Below are positions 59,701-64,000 of a stretch of DNA of 64,000 nucleotides, piece after piece. The notes under the pieces are model-generated. The model worked only from the letters and a program-made list of their open reading frames with translations, was not told the origin of the DNA and did not search any database. A program made the position numbers and the translations under genes. Numbering within the stretch: the first letter of the stretch is position 1; each line of letters opens with the position of its first letter. This DNA is from Hemiscyllium ocellatum (Eukaryota): positions 22,650,048-22,714,047 of the forward strand of contig NC_083409.1 in NCBI RefSeq assembly GCF_020745735.1, given 5' to 3'.

Positions 59701-62110
59701 GCGTTTTCCATGGTGCAGACTGATGCAAAGTATCTATTCAATTCCTCTGCTATTCCTAATTTTCCTGTTATTCTTTCTCCAGCCTCATTTTCCAGTGATC
59801 CATAGTCTATTTTTGACTCCCTCTTCCTTTTTATACACCTGATAAAACTCCTGCAATCTTCTTTTATATGACTGGCTAGATAACTCCCACATTTCACATT
59901 CTCCACCCTTAATGCTTTTTCAGTTATCCCCTGCAGGTTTTTAAAGGCTTCCTAATCCTCCGGCTTCCCACTATTCTCCACCATATTGTATGCCTTTTCT
60001 TTTGCTTCTATGCTGTCCTTGACCTCCCCCATCAGCCATGGTTGCCTTGTCCTCCCCTTGGTATGTTTCTTCTTTTTTGGGATGAGTTCCTGTTCTGCTT
60101 CCTGAATTACGCCCAGAAACTCTGCTGTTTGCTGCCCCACCATCTTACCTGCTCGGCTCCCCTTCCAACCAACTCTGGCCAGCTCCTTCCTCATGTCTTT
60201 GGAGTTACCTTTACTCAACTGAAATACTGTTCCATCTGATTGCAGCTTCTCCCTCTCAAACTACAGGGGGAATTCTATCATATTATTTTCACTTATCCAC
60301 AGTTAAACTCACTCATCATGTTTGCCTCAATACACATCACTGAATCCAGACCTGCCTGTTCCATCATGGCTCAACCACAAGCTGCTCCAAAATCCATCTC
60401 GTCGACATTCCATGAAATCCTTTCCTTGAGATACACTACCCAGCCCACCTATCCATTGAAGTCTGCCCTGACATTTTCTGTCTCCTGACTGATTTCCTTC
60501 CCCACACCCTGATTACTGCTTGGAGATCTGGACATAACTTGCATCAGATTCTTTATTTATTGCAGTTCCTCAGCTCTACCCACTCACATTCTACACCTTC
60601 TAACTCTACATCACTTCTTGCTATTGATTTAATTTCATTTCTCACTAACAAGGCAACTCTTCCCCCTCTGCCCATCTGCCTGTCCTTTTGATAGGACATG
60701 TAACCTTGGATATTTAGTTCCCAGCCCGAATTCCCTTACAGCCATGTCCCTGTGATACCCACAACATCGTACCTGCCAGTTTCAATCTGCACTACCAGCC
60801 CATTGTGTATATTGTGTGCATTTAAGTACAACACCCTCAGTCCTGCATTGACTGCCCTCATTCCCATCATTGTCCCCTTATCTGCTGTGCTTTATGTTCG
60901 ATTCCTGATCCTTTCTGTCCTTTTACATCTTCTAGAAACTTGAATAACCTTTCCTGAGCCCTCCTCCACTTTAACTAGCTTAAATTCCTTAGAAACTCAA
61001 TTTACCTCAATGTGTGGCATCACTATTACTCCCTTACTCGGAATGCTTTGTGCATTTAGATACAACCTCTTTAAGTTTGTACTATTATTGATTTTCCCTG
61101 CACTTTCATGGTTCCTTTGATGTTCAAAACTTCCATCCCTTTTATTTTTTGGTAACAATCAATCCCATCACTAACCAGCAATCCTACCTTCTCCTTTACC
61201 TTCCATTTTCTCATTTTCCATCCAACTGAACCAAATTACTTTCTCTTTGGGTTGAGTTCAGGACAATGTTTATCGTTGAGCCAACATCATTATTGCTTTT
61301 TGATCTCATTGCTTCTAGTGGGATCTTGCTGTGCAGAAACTGGCTGCCACGTTACTGACATTGCAACAGTGACTGCTTGTCAACCAAAAATGCCTGAAAA
61401 TGTCTTTGGGAGAGCCTGAAGTGTTAAGGGCTGGATTGAAATACAATTAGAGTCAGAGGGATGGACAGCACAGAATCCGACCCTTCGGTCCAACTCGTTC
61501 ATGCTGACCAAATATCCAAAATTAATCTAGTCCCATTTGCCAGCATTTGGCCCATATCCCTCTAAACTCTTCCTATTAATATACCCATGCCTTTTAAATG
61601 TTGTAATTGTCCCAGCCTTCACCACCTCCTCTGGCAGCTCATTCCATACATTTAACACCCTCTGAATGAAAACGTTGTCCCTTAGGTCCCTTTTAAATCT
61701 TTCCCCTGTCACCGTCAGCCTATGCCTTCCAGTTCTGGACTCCCCTGCTCTGGAGAAAAGATCTTCTCTATTCACCCTATCTATGCCGCTCATGATTTTA
61801 TAAACCTCTATACGGTCACCCATCAACCTGCAATGATCCAGGGAAAACAGCCTCAGCCCATTCAGCCTCTCCCTTTTGCTCAAATCCTCCGACCTTGGCA
61901 ACATCTTTGTAAATCTTTTCTGAACCATTTTAAGGTTCACAACATTTTTCCTGTAGCAGGGAGACCAGAATTGCACACAGTATTCCAAAAGTGCCCTAAC
62001 CAATGTCCTGTACAGCCGCAGCAGCTCCCAACTCCAATAATCATTGCACTGACCAATAAAGGAAAGCAAACCAAATGACTTTGTCACTCCCCTACCTACC
62101 TGCAACTTCA
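56800..62110 (-). mobile_element. Decayed CR1-like fragments orthologous to 9470-13900
   Basis: Same motifs in reverse order; B retains about 58830-59480, which is missing in A. Confidence 0.85.
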
Positions 62111-62169
62111 TCTTCAAGGAACTATTCTTCATTTTTTGGATGAACTGAGAGTCTTTCAGTTGTGAAAGA

Positions 62170-62370
62170 TGCCATTCCATGGCACTATTGGATGAAGAGC
62201 AGGCAGTTCCCCCTGGTGTCCCTGGTCAATATTTATCCCCCAGTCAAAATCACTCAGAATGTATTTCTCTGCTAATTATCACATGGTGTTTGGGATCTCA
62301 CTGTGCACAGTCTGCTAGAAAGATCCAGTGGGACATCCTGAGCTGGGGGCAGGTGCTACACAAATGCAAG
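62170..62370 (+). mobile_element. Deu-domain SINE fragment (AmnSINE1/SacSINE1-like core); further pieces at about 61300-61440 and 10215-10360
   Basis: GGCACTATT...GAAGAGCAGG.AGTT...GGTGTCC.TGG.CAATATTTATCCC...AAATGCAAGT, matched from recall of the Deu consensus. Confidence 0.6.
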
Positions 62371-64000
62371 TCTTTCTTTAAGGGTTGGAGTCTCCTGATC
62401 CGGATCCTCATCCATTGTCTGCGCACTCTCACCTTCCGGGGTCATGAGGTCATTAGGAGCAGTGACCCTATCTGACCCTAGGACACTGAGACTATTTGCA
62501 GCCTCACCCTTGACCTCAGCCCAGCAGTGTGCAGCAAGGTTTGAAATATAATCTAGAACCTTCTACACAGATACCCAACGTGACTCTTTCCCGAAGTGTG
62601 TGGATCCGAGTCTGCGCCAATGTTCTCGGACAAAGTTCTCCTGATCTGTGGGTGATCGGAGGTTTGTTAAAGAGATATTGAGCTCCATCCCACTTTCCAG
62701 CTCTTGCTCCATAGCTCTGGAGGTTTCGCTGTTTCAAGTGAATATCTAAGTGTTTTTTCAATGTGATGAGGGTTTCTGCCTCTCCCACCCTTTCAGACAG
62801 TGAGTCCCACATCCCACCAACCTCTGGGTGAAAACAAATACCCTCAACTCCCCTCTAATCCTGCCCCCAACTGATTTCAATCTCTCCCCAGGGTTATTGC
62901 CCTCTGTGCTGGTGGAAATCAGTCCTTCCTACCCACTCTGTCCAAGCCCCTCATTATTTACACACCACCATCAAATCTCCCCTCAGCCTCCTGCGATCCA
63001 AAGAAAACAGTCCCAGCCAATCCAATCATTCCGCAAAGCTCAAAGCCCCCATTCCAGATAAACTACTCCTCTGTCCTGTAATGTGGTGACCAGAACCATA
63101 CACTGTTCCCTCACTGTGCTCTAACTGGGGTTTTATACAGTTCCAGAATAAACAAACTTCTTGCTTTCACAGTCAACCAAAAATGAGATAAGGGAGGTGA
63201 TGGTCTAATGGTGTTATTGCTGAGCTGTTAATCCAGAGATCCAGGTAATGTTCTGGGGACCAGGGTTAGAATCCAGCAGATGGTGGCATTCAAATTCAAT
63301 CAAGAAAATCTGCAATTAAGAGTCTAATGATGACCATGAAACAATTGTTGATTGTCAGGAAAAAGCATCTGATTCCCTAATGTCCTTTAGGGAAGGAAAC
63401 TACCATCCTTACCATGTGACCCCAGACCCACAGCAATGTGGGTGACTCTAAACTGCCCTTTGGGTGATTAGGGATGGGCAATAAATGCTGCCGATCCAGC
63501 AATGCCCTCATTCCATCAAGGGAAAAAGAAAAACAGTTTATCCCATGTGTCTTCTGAACCACCTCACTGACCTGCATTCATTAGTCACCATGGCCACATC
63601 TTCCAGCTCCACACCCATCTGACTTCCAGCTTCAAACTGACGAGAGACATTCCTTCATTATCTGAGAAACAGATCGAAAAATCAAACACAGGAGCAGCAG
63701 TAGGCCATTCGGCCCTTCAGGCCTGCTCCACCATTCAGTATGATCATGGCTGATCATCCAACACAGTCCCCTGTTATGCTTTCTCCCCACATTCTTTGAT
63801 CCCTTTAATCCTAAGAACTATATCTAATTCCTTCTTTAATACACATTGCATCTAATTCCCTTTTGCTGGAAAAATGGATGACAATTATTGGGTTGTTGTC
63901 TGTTGACCAGTATGGACGCAATTGGCTGATGAGCCTTTTCGGTCTCTATGAATCTTTGACCCTATTATTATATATTATGAATAACTGGGTACCAAGGACT

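Larger units (their letters stand above)
49780..63500 (+). repeat. Right arm of the inverted segmental duplication
   Basis: Example matches: 20530 with 49790, 17300 with 53340, 13100 with 57660, 9430 with 62150, 9060 with 63480. Confidence 0.92.

Noticed and set aside
9464-62180. Numerous 60-220 aa ORFs with RT, endonuclease or esterase motifs as host genes
   Set aside because: They are fragments of decayed LINEs with stops and frameshifts; none is an intact ORF2.

Overview
This is vertebrate DNA, not prokaryotic. It is a repeat-rich elasmobranch (shark-like) immunoglobulin light-chain region holding two kappa-type clusters (resembling nurse-shark NS4) as a head-to-head inverted duplication. 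Cluster A (minus strand: leader 18559-18607, V 18077-18372, J 17531-17565, C 8579-8878) is a decayed pseudogene with lesions in V, both RSSs, the J splice donor and C. Cluster B (plus strand: leader 52037-52085, V 52272-52570, J 53076-53110) has consensus 12/23 RSSs and canonical splice sites, but a single TAA right after YYCQ; its C exon is not in the window. The first 6.9 kb is a 20-bp CpG-rich satellite with higher-order structure, ending at a 200-N gap. The rest is mostly decayed CR1-like and L2-like LINEs, tRNA-derived SINEs, Penelope-derived pieces with minimal hammerhead motifs, and a decayed Gmr1-like Gypsy element. The most speculative observation is a chain of splice signals antisense to both V-J units. 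All comparisons were made by eye, with no alignment or database search.
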